Shown here: positions 45,318 to 55,014 of the stretch, one piece after another | Layout: every line of letters starts with the position of its first letter | How positions within the stretch are numbered: the first letter of the stretch is position 1 | From: a virus | Lineage: Duplodnaviria > Caudoviricetes | Virus record (IMG/VR): IMGVR_UViG_3300017700_000931 | Span: 64,001-128,000 of that record | Reading direction: 5' to 3' (one strand) | Length of the DNA: 64,000 bases | Notes under the pieces: model-generated | Seen by the model: the letters and a program-made list of their open reading frames with translations, nothing else | The model's database searches: none | Told to the model about the DNA's origin: nothing | Made by a program: the position numbers and the translations under genes

Positions 45318-47828
45318 TTATTTAAGTAATAGAATGTTAAAATTAGCAGTATCTGAACAACCATTAGTATCAGTTACAGTTACTGAATAAGCTCCGGCAG
45401 TTAATCCAGTTATTGTTGGGGTGGTTTGACCATTTGACCAAGTATACGTAATTGGTCCTTGTGCTCCGATAACATTAACACTAGCAGTACCAGAACTCAA
45501 GGCATATGCTGGTACATCAGTAGTACTAACACTTGTGATATTTATCATACACTCATTGATAACGAAAACACCACTCGTAGTTAAACCAGTTGGTGCTGGT
45601 AATGTGATTATTCCACCAATCACCCTTACTGCACCAATAAATTCTGAACCATCATTTATTTGTTGAATCATCACACCATTACAGATTGTTGTTTCACCAC
45701 TTGGAGCTAAGCAATCTGGTCCAACGTATTCTGGAACGCTTAAATCTGTAATTATAGCCTCAACATTTGATTGTCCACCATATATTGGACTTGGGTATTG
45801 AATTCCGTCTGGAGTTGTTGTACAAGTTGTTAATGTGTATTTTTTGTATTTAAATTTATCTTGGTCGTAAACCGTATTACCGTATTTGTATGTTGAACCC
45901 CATATTGTTGTGGATGGTATAACTTGTTCGATTAAATCTACCCAATAGTTACCAACTAATGAAACGAAATCACCCATTTTAGTGTAATCAAAAGCAGAGC
46001 TATTTGGATTGTTTTGGAATCCGTATTTATATCTGTTGTAAAGTGCTTTTAGTGTTGGGTACGCTGAAATAGTTTTTCTATTTTTTGCATCAATTAATTC
46101 TGTTGAAATTGCATTATTGAATTCTTTAACAGTAGTAATAGCACTAAGTTCTGTGGTTAATAATTTCTGTAAATCCAATCCATAATCACCACAACCATTA
46201 ACGGTTGTTGCAGTTGATAAATCAAGCATTGATTCATTGTCTTTAACATAACACCAAACATCTGTTTCAATACCATTAGCCGGACTAATATCCAAATCAA
46301 CTTCTTTTGTATTTATTGCTAACTTATGGTGATTAATATTATAATCCGTTTCTCTCATTGATAAGAAGAAATCTCTTTCTTGATTTTCCTCCGTAGCAAC
46401 CCAAGATTTTTTATTATCGCACACCCTTTCAAGTTCAAAGTTTGGACATTTTGATACATAAATGTTTTCTTTGTCAATAGAAGTACAAACTTTATTGATT
46501 TCAATTCTATCAATTAGTATTGAAAAATCGCACACAGTATTTTCTATTACGAAACCTAATTTAACTTTCTCGTTCGTAATTGCTGATAGAGTAGCTTCAT
46601 CAGATATTACAAATTTATGATGTAACCAATCTGAATTTAATGTACAAGCACTAAAAACACCACAATTACCACTTAAATTATATATAATACATTGTGATAA
46701 TTGTTGCATGCAAGTTGAGTCACCAGTAACTAATAATCCAGTATTACAATTACCATCAAAATAATCCACAATATCAGTGATTTTATATAATTGACCACTA
46801 TAAACGGTAGTTAGTGTTGTGTTATCAACAAATGATGATTGACCACTTAAAATTTCATTATCCGGCCTCACATCTACTTTATCTAAAGTAACCGACACCG
46901 ATAAACCAGAAAAAATATCCAGACAGTTTGCAACACCACTTAAATTTGGTGTTGCATCACCTAATTGTGTTTGTAATAAAGTTAATTGAGCGTTTGATTC
47001 ATTAATTAATGTTTGATAAGTGGTAATGGTATTATTTATTGCTGAAATTTCATTATCACAATTTGATTGCGCCAATAAATAATCACTATTTAATTGCGCT
47101 AATACTGTGTTACTTTGTACTAATAAAGTTTCGTAAATTTGTTGTTGGGCGGTAAATGCTGCTATCTCCTCTGGTACTGAGGAACCATCAATCAAAGTTT
47201 GATATTGTGCAATTAAGATAACTAAATTATCTGATTCACTTTGTTGAAATTGAATGTCGTTAGTGAATGTAGTATCTATTGCATTACAAGCATTGGTTTG
47301 TTCACTTAATTGTGTTGTTAAGATACCAATGGTTTCTGTGTATTGTGTGATTGTATTTTGAACATCAATAATTTGATTTTGTAAATCAATTATTTCATTA
47401 CTATCATTCACATCTTCAACCAAACAATCTGAAAGTGTACTACAATCAAATTGAAATAAATAATTGAATTCAACCTCTAAATGACATGTTTCATTCTCAT
47501 CAATTTGAAACCATGCACCATCATTTCCTTGTGCACCCAATACGATTTTAAAATCCGGGCCTTGTGCACATGTTTCAGACCAATAACATGTATTAGTTGA
47601 TGATTCCCAAATAAAGTTCAATGCGTTACAGCAATTTTGACTAATTGGGGATAACATCGTTCCAGCTTGAAGTGTATATGGGTTTGATACCTCACCTTGG
47701 TATGTTGATATCATTGGGTCTAAATTTGTGGACCCAGATGGAACCACACCTGATACGGTTCCATCTTCGTTAAATACGAATTGTGAAACGTCTAAACCAT
47801 TAATATCTTTACAAGTAAAATCTGCCAT
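45318..47828 (-). CDS. Virion protein with coiled coil and a C-terminal SprB repeat
   Basis: Gln/Leu heptads; GPITYTWSNGQTTPTITGLTAGAYSVTVTDTNGC. Confidence 0.75.
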   Translation of the reverse strand: MADFTCKDINGLDVSQFVFNEDGTVSGVVPSGSTNLDPMISTYQGEVSNPYTLQAGTMLSPISQNCCNALNFIWESSTNTCYWSETCAQGPDFKIVLGAQGNDGAWFQIDENETCHLEVEFNYLFQFDCSTLSDCLVEDVNDSNEIIDLQNQIIDVQNTITQYTETIGILTTQLSEQTNACNAIDTTFTNDIQFQQSESDNLVILIAQYQTLIDGSSVPEEIAAFTAQQQIYETLLVQSNTVLAQLNSDYLLAQSNCDNEISAINNTITTYQTLINESNAQLTLLQTQLGDATPNLSGVANCLDIFSGLSVSVTLDKVDVRPDNEILSGQSSFVDNTTLTTVYSGQLYKITDIVDYFDGNCNTGLLVTGDSTCMQQLSQCIIYNLSGNCGVFSACTLNSDWLHHKFVISDEATLSAITNEKVKLGFVIENTVCDFSILIDRIEINKVCTSIDKENIYVSKCPNFELERVCDNKKSWVATEENQERDFFLSMRETDYNINHHKLAINTKEVDLDISPANGIETDVWCYVKDNESMLDLSTATTVNGCGDYGLDLQKLLTTELSAITTVKEFNNAISTELIDAKNRKTISAYPTLKALYNRYKYGFQNNPNSSAFDYTKMGDFVSLVGNYWVDLIEQVIPSTTIWGSTYKYGNTVYDQDKFKYKKYTLTTCTTTPDGIQYPSPIYGGQSNVEAIITDLSVPEYVGPDCLAPSGETTICNGVMIQQINDGSEFIGAVRVIGGIITLPAPTGLTTSGVFVINECMINITSVSTTDVPAYALSSGTASVNVIGAQGPITYTWSNGQTTPTITGLTAGAYSVTVTDTNGCSDTANFNILLLK

Positions 47829-47845
47829 TTATTATAATTATTCAA

Positions 47846-50467
47846 TTATCTAATTTTTGTTCCACCAAGTGGTTGTTTAGCATCAATAAGACCTTCATCT
47901 AATGCTGCCGTTTCAATACATTGACCACGACTATTTGGTTCGTAACCTTGTGCAATACAACATTCAGGTGGTATATTAGTCGTTAACTCACCAAATGGTG
48001 ATTGCCAATTAACTATTCCACTTTCCGATTGAATTGAGACTGCTACCCAATCATTACAATCTGTTTCTGGATTATAACACTGATATCCACCTTCAACAGC
48101 TATTGGTATGAATCCAAATGCTGAACAACATGAACTACTAACTACTGTGGTCCCAACTTGTAATTCATTATTAGTCCATATGATAACACCACTACTTAAT
48201 TCACCGTCCGGTACATAACCTCTACATGGTGTAGCATCTACTGTTGTGACGTTAGTCCACATACATGATATGTTACCTTGTGTATAAGTAAAGCCCAATG
48301 CTTCACAACACTCTTGTGATATTGTTGGTGTTTCTGAACCATTTGGTAATTGAAACATAACAAAACCTTCTCCGTTAAGAGTAAATCCAGTGTATCCACA
48401 ATCAACTGGTGTCGGTGTTGTAGAAACACTACCATTTAATTTTTTTATCGATATTTTAATCGCATCATCACCTTCACCAGTTTCACAACCACAATCTGTC
48501 ATTTCAGTCGTTGGTTTTGGGTCCTCAATAATTTCAGCAGTTATTTCATAACAAGCACTTAGTGAAATATTGTCCAAATTTACAATATCTGCCCAAACTT
48601 CTGTTTCTAACGCATTATTAACTAAACCGCTGTTGTAATTTGTGAAAATATTAGTACTTCCAGTGTTTATAGTTTGGTTATAAATTGTCACAGCAGAAAA
48701 ATCTGGTATTAAACAACCAAATTGGTCAATATATTCTTGACCACCATCATATGGACCAATATGTGGGTTATTTCCAGTCAAAACATCAATATTTGAGTCC
48801 GGCCCAGCAGTTTGTCTGTACCATAACCCACCTTTTTGGAAATACATTTCTGGTGTGTCAGGAAGTGTTCTTGGGAACCCGTCAGAATCAATATTTAACC
48901 CCTCTAATGAGGTACTACCATTCAATTCTACCAAAATATCGTTAAAAAGCCTCATATTTAAAGGTTTTTTAGCTTTATAAATGTATTCATTGAAAGAAAC
49001 TAAACCTTTCGGTGTGCCAATGAAATTAAAAAAGAATTCAACAACTTTTCTAGTACCTTTTGACTTCCAAATCCATGGTGTATTCAAAATTAAACGTCTC
49101 CACAACTCAATTTCAGCTTCGACTGGTGTTAAACCTCTTGAATGACCACTATATGATGTGTTTGCTGGTGTTAAATACGCTTTTAATAAATCATTTTCTA
49201 CCACTGATGATACTAAATCCCATCCAAGCACTCTTGCAAGGTTTTTTAGATATACATCCGGCGTATTATCCTTCTTATCATATGTAACTCTGTTAGAAAA
49301 GGCAATACCATCAATGTATTTTTTGATTTCATCATACTCCCTACCATAAATTTTAAGTGTTTTATTCATTTTTTGACCTGCGGTCTCTTGAATTTCACCA
49401 TCACAATTAGGTAGTGTATCGAAATCAGATATTGATTCAGATGTTAAGAATCTTGTCATCAAATCTGTCTTAGTTTTATCTGATGATTCACCAATTTGAA
49501 CTAATTTTGTCGCAAAACTTAGATAATCTGTTGTATCGAAATCGATATTGTATCCATCACTTACTGGCCAGATAACTTCTTTAGAAGTTCTATAGATTGC
49601 ACCAGAATCATTTTCAATGTTAAAACTATATTCTGATTTATATTTTGGTAGAGTAAATCTATTTAATAAATTTGATTCAAAATCTGGTAATTTATTAAAA
49701 AATTCTTCAATTTTATTATTGTTTGGTCTAATATGGTATTTTTCTATGCTTGGGGTGGAGCCGGAGAATGGATTACCAAGACAAGTTATCCAAAGATAAT
49801 CATTAGTGTCATTAGTATTCCCTGTGAAATCGATAATATCATAATCACCAGTTTGATTAGACACAACATAATTAGCATAATTGACACTAAGATTTCTAGT
49901 GTCATTTGTTTCATTATATGTGTTGATAATAGTTCCTGTAGTTTTATGATTTATATTAAATTTATTGGTAATTCTACCAACTCCAACTTTAAATGTTGAT
50001 TTATTTTTTACTGAATCAAATAAATAATCTTCAACTGTATAACCAGTTACGTTTGTTTGTTCCTCGATATCCCTTATGTATAAGGATGCTGGCCAATTAA
50101 TAATGATATTCTCTAATGAAACCCTAATGAATTCAGTCAATGACCCAAAATAAGCGTAATAATTCAAATTAGCTTTATCTAAATTAAGCTTAACAGTTTT
50201 ATTTTCTAATAAAATACTGATTGTACCACTATCTACCTTAAGGTCCGTTAAGCTCATAAATGAACTAAACTTATTAGTAATAAATAACTTACTTGGTTTA
50301 GTATCAATCGATGTGGTGATATTAAAATTAGCTGAAGTAAATAGCGTAGCTCCTCCATTACTAGTGAATTGATTACCCACTAAGTCATCAGAGAAATTTC
50401 TATATTCTATACCGTTGTTGTAAAATACTTTTTGTGCATATCCAACTACTTTTATTTTATCAGCCAT
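47846..50467 (-). CDS. Baseplate/tail protein with C-terminal Cys-Cys repeats
   Basis: Central YLKNLARVLGW..LWRRLILNTPWIWKSKGT (gp7/tail-I-like) and three CC..GF modules. Confidence 0.7.
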   Translation of the reverse strand: MADKIKVVGYAQKVFYNNGIEYRNFSDDLVGNQFTSNGGATLFTSANFNITTSIDTKPSKLFITNKFSSFMSLTDLKVDSGTISILLENKTVKLNLDKANLNYYAYFGSLTEFIRVSLENIIINWPASLYIRDIEEQTNVTGYTVEDYLFDSVKNKSTFKVGVGRITNKFNINHKTTGTIINTYNETNDTRNLSVNYANYVVSNQTGDYDIIDFTGNTNDTNDYLWITCLGNPFSGSTPSIEKYHIRPNNNKIEEFFNKLPDFESNLLNRFTLPKYKSEYSFNIENDSGAIYRTSKEVIWPVSDGYNIDFDTTDYLSFATKLVQIGESSDKTKTDLMTRFLTSESISDFDTLPNCDGEIQETAGQKMNKTLKIYGREYDEIKKYIDGIAFSNRVTYDKKDNTPDVYLKNLARVLGWDLVSSVVENDLLKAYLTPANTSYSGHSRGLTPVEAEIELWRRLILNTPWIWKSKGTRKVVEFFFNFIGTPKGLVSFNEYIYKAKKPLNMRLFNDILVELNGSTSLEGLNIDSDGFPRTLPDTPEMYFQKGGLWYRQTAGPDSNIDVLTGNNPHIGPYDGGQEYIDQFGCLIPDFSAVTIYNQTINTGSTNIFTNYNSGLVNNALETEVWADIVNLDNISLSACYEITAEIIEDPKPTTEMTDCGCETGEGDDAIKISIKKLNGSVSTTPTPVDCGYTGFTLNGEGFVMFQLPNGSETPTISQECCEALGFTYTQGNISCMWTNVTTVDATPCRGYVPDGELSSGVIIWTNNELQVGTTVVSSSCCSAFGFIPIAVEGGYQCYNPETDCNDWVAVSIQSESGIVNWQSPFGELTTNIPPECCIAQGYEPNSRGQCIETAALDEGLIDAKQPLGGTKIR

Positions 50468-50477
50468 TTATAATTTT

Positions 50478-51380
50478 TTAAATGTTTGTAATAGTATTAA
50501 ATGACTTCAAGAAATCAATACCAGTTCTTGGTTCCCTAACTTCAAATAATGGTTTACCAGTAAATTGGTCTTTAATTTCAAATAGATTAAACTGTTTGTA
50601 AATTTGATTTTCAAAGTTATATATTGTATAAATACCATCTTCAAGACTTTTAGTTTGTGGACCAAATAATCCATACGCAATTGTTTCAAAGTCATGTTCT
50701 ACTATTTCTATTTCAACCATAACCGGATTGAAAAATGTGTTAGTAATAATAACATTTTGATTAGGTTCACCAATAAATGGTAAAACATTTGGTTTCACAT
50801 TAGATACTGAGTTTGGTGTAACAGTGGCAAAGCTTAATGATGAATTATCATTGAATCTATATCTAATAGCTTTTTGACTAGTATTAGTCAAATTTTGATT
50901 TACTGGTTCAGCTTTATTGTTTGATGTAATTACAGTAAAAAAATTATTAATTTTTTCATTATTAATTGGGCTCAAATATTCAACTCTATAACCGATTAAA
51001 TTATTGTTTTGAAATTTACTAACAAATGTTGCATCAACTTCTGATAAATCAAATACTAATCCCTTAACATTTGGGAATGCTGATAGTACACCACAATCTA
51101 CTATTCTAGTTCTGATTTCGATAGGTTTAATCATCAACGTATAAAATCCTTTTGCTGAAAATATTGTTGCTGGTAAATTTAATGTATACATACCACCAAA
51201 CACTTCATTTGTATTGGTACTATTCGGATTTGAAACTCTTTGTAAAATTTCAAATGAATCTAATTTCGTTAATGTTGTATCACCAACTCTAGACCTAGAT
51301 GGTGTATAATGCATAAATATTTCTACATCACTTGGTGATACATCCGCTGGTCTTAGTGTCCCATATGTTCCATTTGCCAT
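50478..51380 (-). CDS. Virion structural protein
   Basis: 300-aa ORF within the baseplate block. Confidence 0.7.
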   Translation of the reverse strand: MANGTYGTLRPADVSPSDVEIFMHYTPSRSRVGDTTLTKLDSFEILQRVSNPNSTNTNEVFGGMYTLNLPATIFSAKGFYTLMIKPIEIRTRIVDCGVLSAFPNVKGLVFDLSEVDATFVSKFQNNNLIGYRVEYLSPINNEKINNFFTVITSNNKAEPVNQNLTNTSQKAIRYRFNDNSSLSFATVTPNSVSNVKPNVLPFIGEPNQNVIITNTFFNPVMVEIEIVEHDFETIAYGLFGPQTKSLEDGIYTIYNFENQIYKQFNLFEIKDQFTGKPLFEVREPRTGIDFLKSFNTITNI

Positions 51381-51398
51381 ATTCTATTCTTTTATTTT

Positions 51399-51545
51399 TT
51401 AATGTGATTCTTCACCACTTTTTATGTATTTTTCAATCTCCTCTAAGTAATAATTTCTTTCATATTCTTCTAAGGAATTTATTTGAGAAATTGTCATTTG
51501 GTAATGTTTAACCAATAAGTAATTCTCATATAAAATTTTTTTCAT
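51399..51545 (-). CDS. Small protein, possibly gp51-like baseplate hub assembly factor
   Basis: Not in ORF track; MKKILYENYLLVKHYQMTISQINSLEEYERNYYLEEIEK resembles the L..H..S..E..M...ER.YY pattern. Confidence 0.5.
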   Translation of the reverse strand: MKKILYENYLLVKHYQMTISQINSLEEYERNYYLEEIEKYIKSGEESH

Positions 51546-51549
51546 TCAA

Positions 51550-52413
51550 TTAACTTTTTACAATATTATAAAACCCATTACCAAATCGTTCCAAGTGTTC
51601 AAGACTTTCAACTTCAGATAATTTCAAATGTTTTTCCATAACAGTTGTCGCACCCCTATCTATAAATACATCGCTAAAGACTTCTGGGTCATTAATTATT
51701 CCCATTAAATATTCTTCCTTCGTAATAGCTGATAATGAGGAGTTTGTTGTGTTCCAACCCTCAGCTTTAAATTGTAATGTGGCTATTGATTTTGTTGCCT
51801 TAATTAAACCATTGGCCACACCAACACCAACATCTAAAATATTCTTATTGTCTTTATATAATAAACCAGTTGTTTGTCCGGTGGTACCCAAAAATGCATC
51901 ATTATTAGCATCAAATGTATATTTCTTCGCTAAATCAGCATCACTCATCAAAACTCTACTTACACCACTAATTGTTTGGTTATCATAATTAGTGTATACG
52001 TTTGCCTCAATATCAAATCCAACAATGTATGGATTTAATTTATTATAACTCTTCAATTCATTAATTCTAGGTTCCGTAGTAGCGGTTAAAACACTCCCAT
52101 AACTGTACCACTCACTTACATTCGCATTATCATGTCTGGTACATGCTGTAAAACCACTTAATATTACTGATGGTGGTAATGTACCCGACATAAATGGAAA
52201 AGTAAAACCACTTGTATTCAATTTATCAATCAAAATTGTGTAATCCGGTGTGATATTATTGAAATCAATATCAGTAAAAACACCCATATTATCAATTGTT
52301 TGAGTTAACATAATATTGACATAAAAAGTACTAGCAGTCATCAACCCATAAGTGGTATCTGAATTTCTACTAATTCCATTTTCTAATAATATAGTTCTTT
52401 TTATTACTTCCAT
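51550..52413 (-). CDS. Virion structural protein
   Basis: 287-aa ORF in the baseplate block. Confidence 0.7.
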   Translation of the reverse strand: MEVIKRTILLENGISRNSDTTYGLMTASTFYVNIMLTQTIDNMGVFTDIDFNNITPDYTILIDKLNTSGFTFPFMSGTLPPSVILSGFTACTRHDNANVSEWYSYGSVLTATTEPRINELKSYNKLNPYIVGFDIEANVYTNYDNQTISGVSRVLMSDADLAKKYTFDANNDAFLGTTGQTTGLLYKDNKNILDVGVGVANGLIKATKSIATLQFKAEGWNTTNSSLSAITKEEYLMGIINDPEVFSDVFIDRGATTVMEKHLKLSEVESLEHLERFGNGFYNIVKS

Positions 52414-53300
52414 TAAATCGCTTGTACTTGATATAATTCTAATGTTTGTATTCCACCAACTAGTGAAATATTGGTGGAATATGTTTCATCAATTTCATAC
52501 CACCATCCGGTATTATCTCTTTTTAATATATACTTCATATGAAGTTTACTGACTAAATTATCAATTGTTTGTGGTGTACCATCGGTTATTAATGCAATTG
52601 ATTCACCAGTTTTAGCATTATTCCAACTAGCTCTCATAAACAATTCCTTTGGTAGTGTATCACTAACATCATCTTTAAAATGATAAATGTTATAACCTTC
52701 AGATATTCCATCAGGAAATTTAATTGGGTCCTCAACAATAAATCTTATTGGAATGGATGTAATAGGGTTTGGTAAACCACCATTTGGAACTGGTGCTGGT
52801 AACGTTACTGGACCAAACGGTGTTGATGTAGTAATATTTTGAGTTAATGGTATAATGTCATTAACCGTTAATCTACAAAACAATGTCATAAATGACATTA
52901 AATTTTGATTGGTAGGAATATCTGAATCATAAAAACTTAATCTAAGAAATGACCTTTTAAATGAATTTTTACCAAATCTAACATCATTATATTCAAAATC
53001 TGCATGTGAATACATAGTTGTGCTCGGAAATGTTGGTCCGTCCAATAAATTTATTTTATAAATTAAACTATCAATTTGTACATTATTAGAATCTACTGGA
53101 ATAAATCTTACTTTTTCAAAATCAGTAATAGGATTAATCGAATTTTCAAGTTCTTTTTCAACAAAATCTCTTTCAACCACTTCAGCTTGGTCAATAGGTT
53201 GAAATGTCATAACAATTGGTATGTTAATAGTTGTAGCACTTCCACTACCTATTTTTATCTTATAACTATTAGCAGACATCTTGTGATTTTTTAACAACAA
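52413..53300 (-). CDS. Virion structural protein
   Basis: 295-aa ORF in the baseplate block. Confidence 0.7.
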   Translation of the reverse strand: MLLKNHKMSANSYKIKIGSGSATTINIPIVMTFQPIDQAEVVERDFVEKELENSINPITDFEKVRFIPVDSNNVQIDSLIYKINLLDGPTFPSTTMYSHADFEYNDVRFGKNSFKRSFLRLSFYDSDIPTNQNLMSFMTLFCRLTVNDIIPLTQNITTSTPFGPVTLPAPVPNGGLPNPITSIPIRFIVEDPIKFPDGISEGYNIYHFKDDVSDTLPKELFMRASWNNAKTGESIALITDGTPQTIDNLVSKLHMKYILKRDNTGWWYEIDETYSTNISLVGGIQTLELYQVQAI

Positions 53301-55014
53301 ATTTATCTAACATTCTATATCCGAAAGCATCCCTTGGGAAAGTTCCGTAATACAAACCATATTGTGCAAATGGGTCTTGTCTTCTTAATGGGATGCAATA
53401 ATTTTGATGAATATAATGACAACCATTTAAAAATGGATAGTCAATTGGTGTGGTACTTACATCTGAAAAACCAATATCCAATAAATCTCTCCAAAGCCAT
53501 CTTCCATCACCTAAGTTTTCAGCATAATCTGGAATACCTTCAGTTGAAGAATCACCCTGTTCAATATAATTAGAAAACTCTCTTAATCTGATTTGATAAT
53601 GTGGTTTATAAAAATTACTTTCGAATCTTTGACCCATATCAAAAGAACCTTCGTTTGAGCCACCTATTGCTGGGTCAATAACCACACCACCTATTTCTCT
53701 ATTCAATGTATTGAATTTGTGTCTAACTTCTCCTAGAATAATTTCTTTAACCTCAAATCTATTATATGAAGCAACATCCCCATAAAAATCTGCATCAGTA
53801 ATTAATACCGATGTATCTAGTGGTGTGTGTGATGTCGGTAGTGGTGATGAACCATTATGTATTCTTCTAATATCTGGAACACTAGTTTCAAATGAATTGG
53901 TGTTTCCAATAAATGGTAATTCAATACCGGATTGTGTTGGAGTGAATATTGGCCCCGAACCTTGATTACTATCAGTTTTTATTATTGTTAAATAAATTTC
54001 ACTTAATGGCCTACCCAAGTTATCGGTTAATCCGGCAATATCAATATCTTCATTAATAACAAATTGATAATTTACATCATTATATAAACCCTTACTGAAA
54101 TTTAGTGGGTAAATATCATAATCATCATCAACCATTTCAGTAGTATTTACTGTAGCAATTTTTTTAAATTTCCTATAATAATATCTGGTTGGTTCTTGAC
54201 CAACCATCCTAGACATTCTACTATTATTACTCAATGATACACCAGTTGCTGGGTCGATATCAATTACAAAATAATAATCTTTTAAGTCACCATTGTCTAA
54301 ACCTACTCTAATTACTGAATAATCATTATCATAAATTGGTGATGAAAGGCCAGTTATTCTAACAGTACCACCTTGTGTCAAACCATGTTTCACTGGGGTA
54401 GCTATAGCAATCATTGGTCTATTTCCAATCATAACTGGAAGAATTTCAATACACAATAATCCTCCTTGAGTCATGTAAGTATCCGCACTTAATGCCGGAT
54501 ATGTTATTGTTAAATCCCAATTTTTTATTTTATTTGATGGAGCGAAAGCAAATAATTCTCTACGTGGTTCCATATCATACCATAAACACAATGAATTACT
54601 ACCAAGATTTGGGTCTTTAAAACCATACCAACCATTTATTTCTTTTAGTTGGGTCTTGATTGCTTCTCTATAAGTTAAATCTTCATTTTCGTCAAAATCG
54701 ACAGTATTAGATGGGTAAGATTTATCCCTAAATAATGTGTTCGTTAACATATAACCAAAACTATTTGGTCCTGTTGTATTAAATAACACATTACTGAAGA
54801 TAGTTGAAATTGTTCCATTAATCCTATAACAAGTACTATCTTGTCGTTCTTTATTGAAACGGTCCCCAACATTCAGTACTCGATTTAGTTCACCCACTGG
54901 TAACAATCTTTGGTCTGAAGTTAATTGTAAATTTGTTTGTGCATTCACATTAACCTCTCTCTGAGATTGTGTTTGATTTAATCTATGTGTTATTTTTTTA
55001 TCCATTATTAACAA
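53269..55014 (-). CDS. Virion structural protein
   Basis: 581-aa ORF in the baseplate block. Confidence 0.72.
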   Translation of the reverse strand: MLIMDKKITHRLNQTQSQREVNVNAQTNLQLTSDQRLLPVGELNRVLNVGDRFNKERQDSTCYRINGTISTIFSNVLFNTTGPNSFGYMLTNTLFRDKSYPSNTVDFDENEDLTYREAIKTQLKEINGWYGFKDPNLGSNSLCLWYDMEPRRELFAFAPSNKIKNWDLTITYPALSADTYMTQGGLLCIEILPVMIGNRPMIAIATPVKHGLTQGGTVRITGLSSPIYDNDYSVIRVGLDNGDLKDYYFVIDIDPATGVSLSNNSRMSRMVGQEPTRYYYRKFKKIATVNTTEMVDDDYDIYPLNFSKGLYNDVNYQFVINEDIDIAGLTDNLGRPLSEIYLTIIKTDSNQGSGPIFTPTQSGIELPFIGNTNSFETSVPDIRRIHNGSSPLPTSHTPLDTSVLITDADFYGDVASYNRFEVKEIILGEVRHKFNTLNREIGGVVIDPAIGGSNEGSFDMGQRFESNFYKPHYQIRLREFSNYIEQGDSSTEGIPDYAENLGDGRWLWRDLLDIGFSDVSTTPIDYPFLNGCHYIHQNYCIPLRRQDPFAQYGLYYGTFPRDAFGYRMLDKFVVKKSQDVC

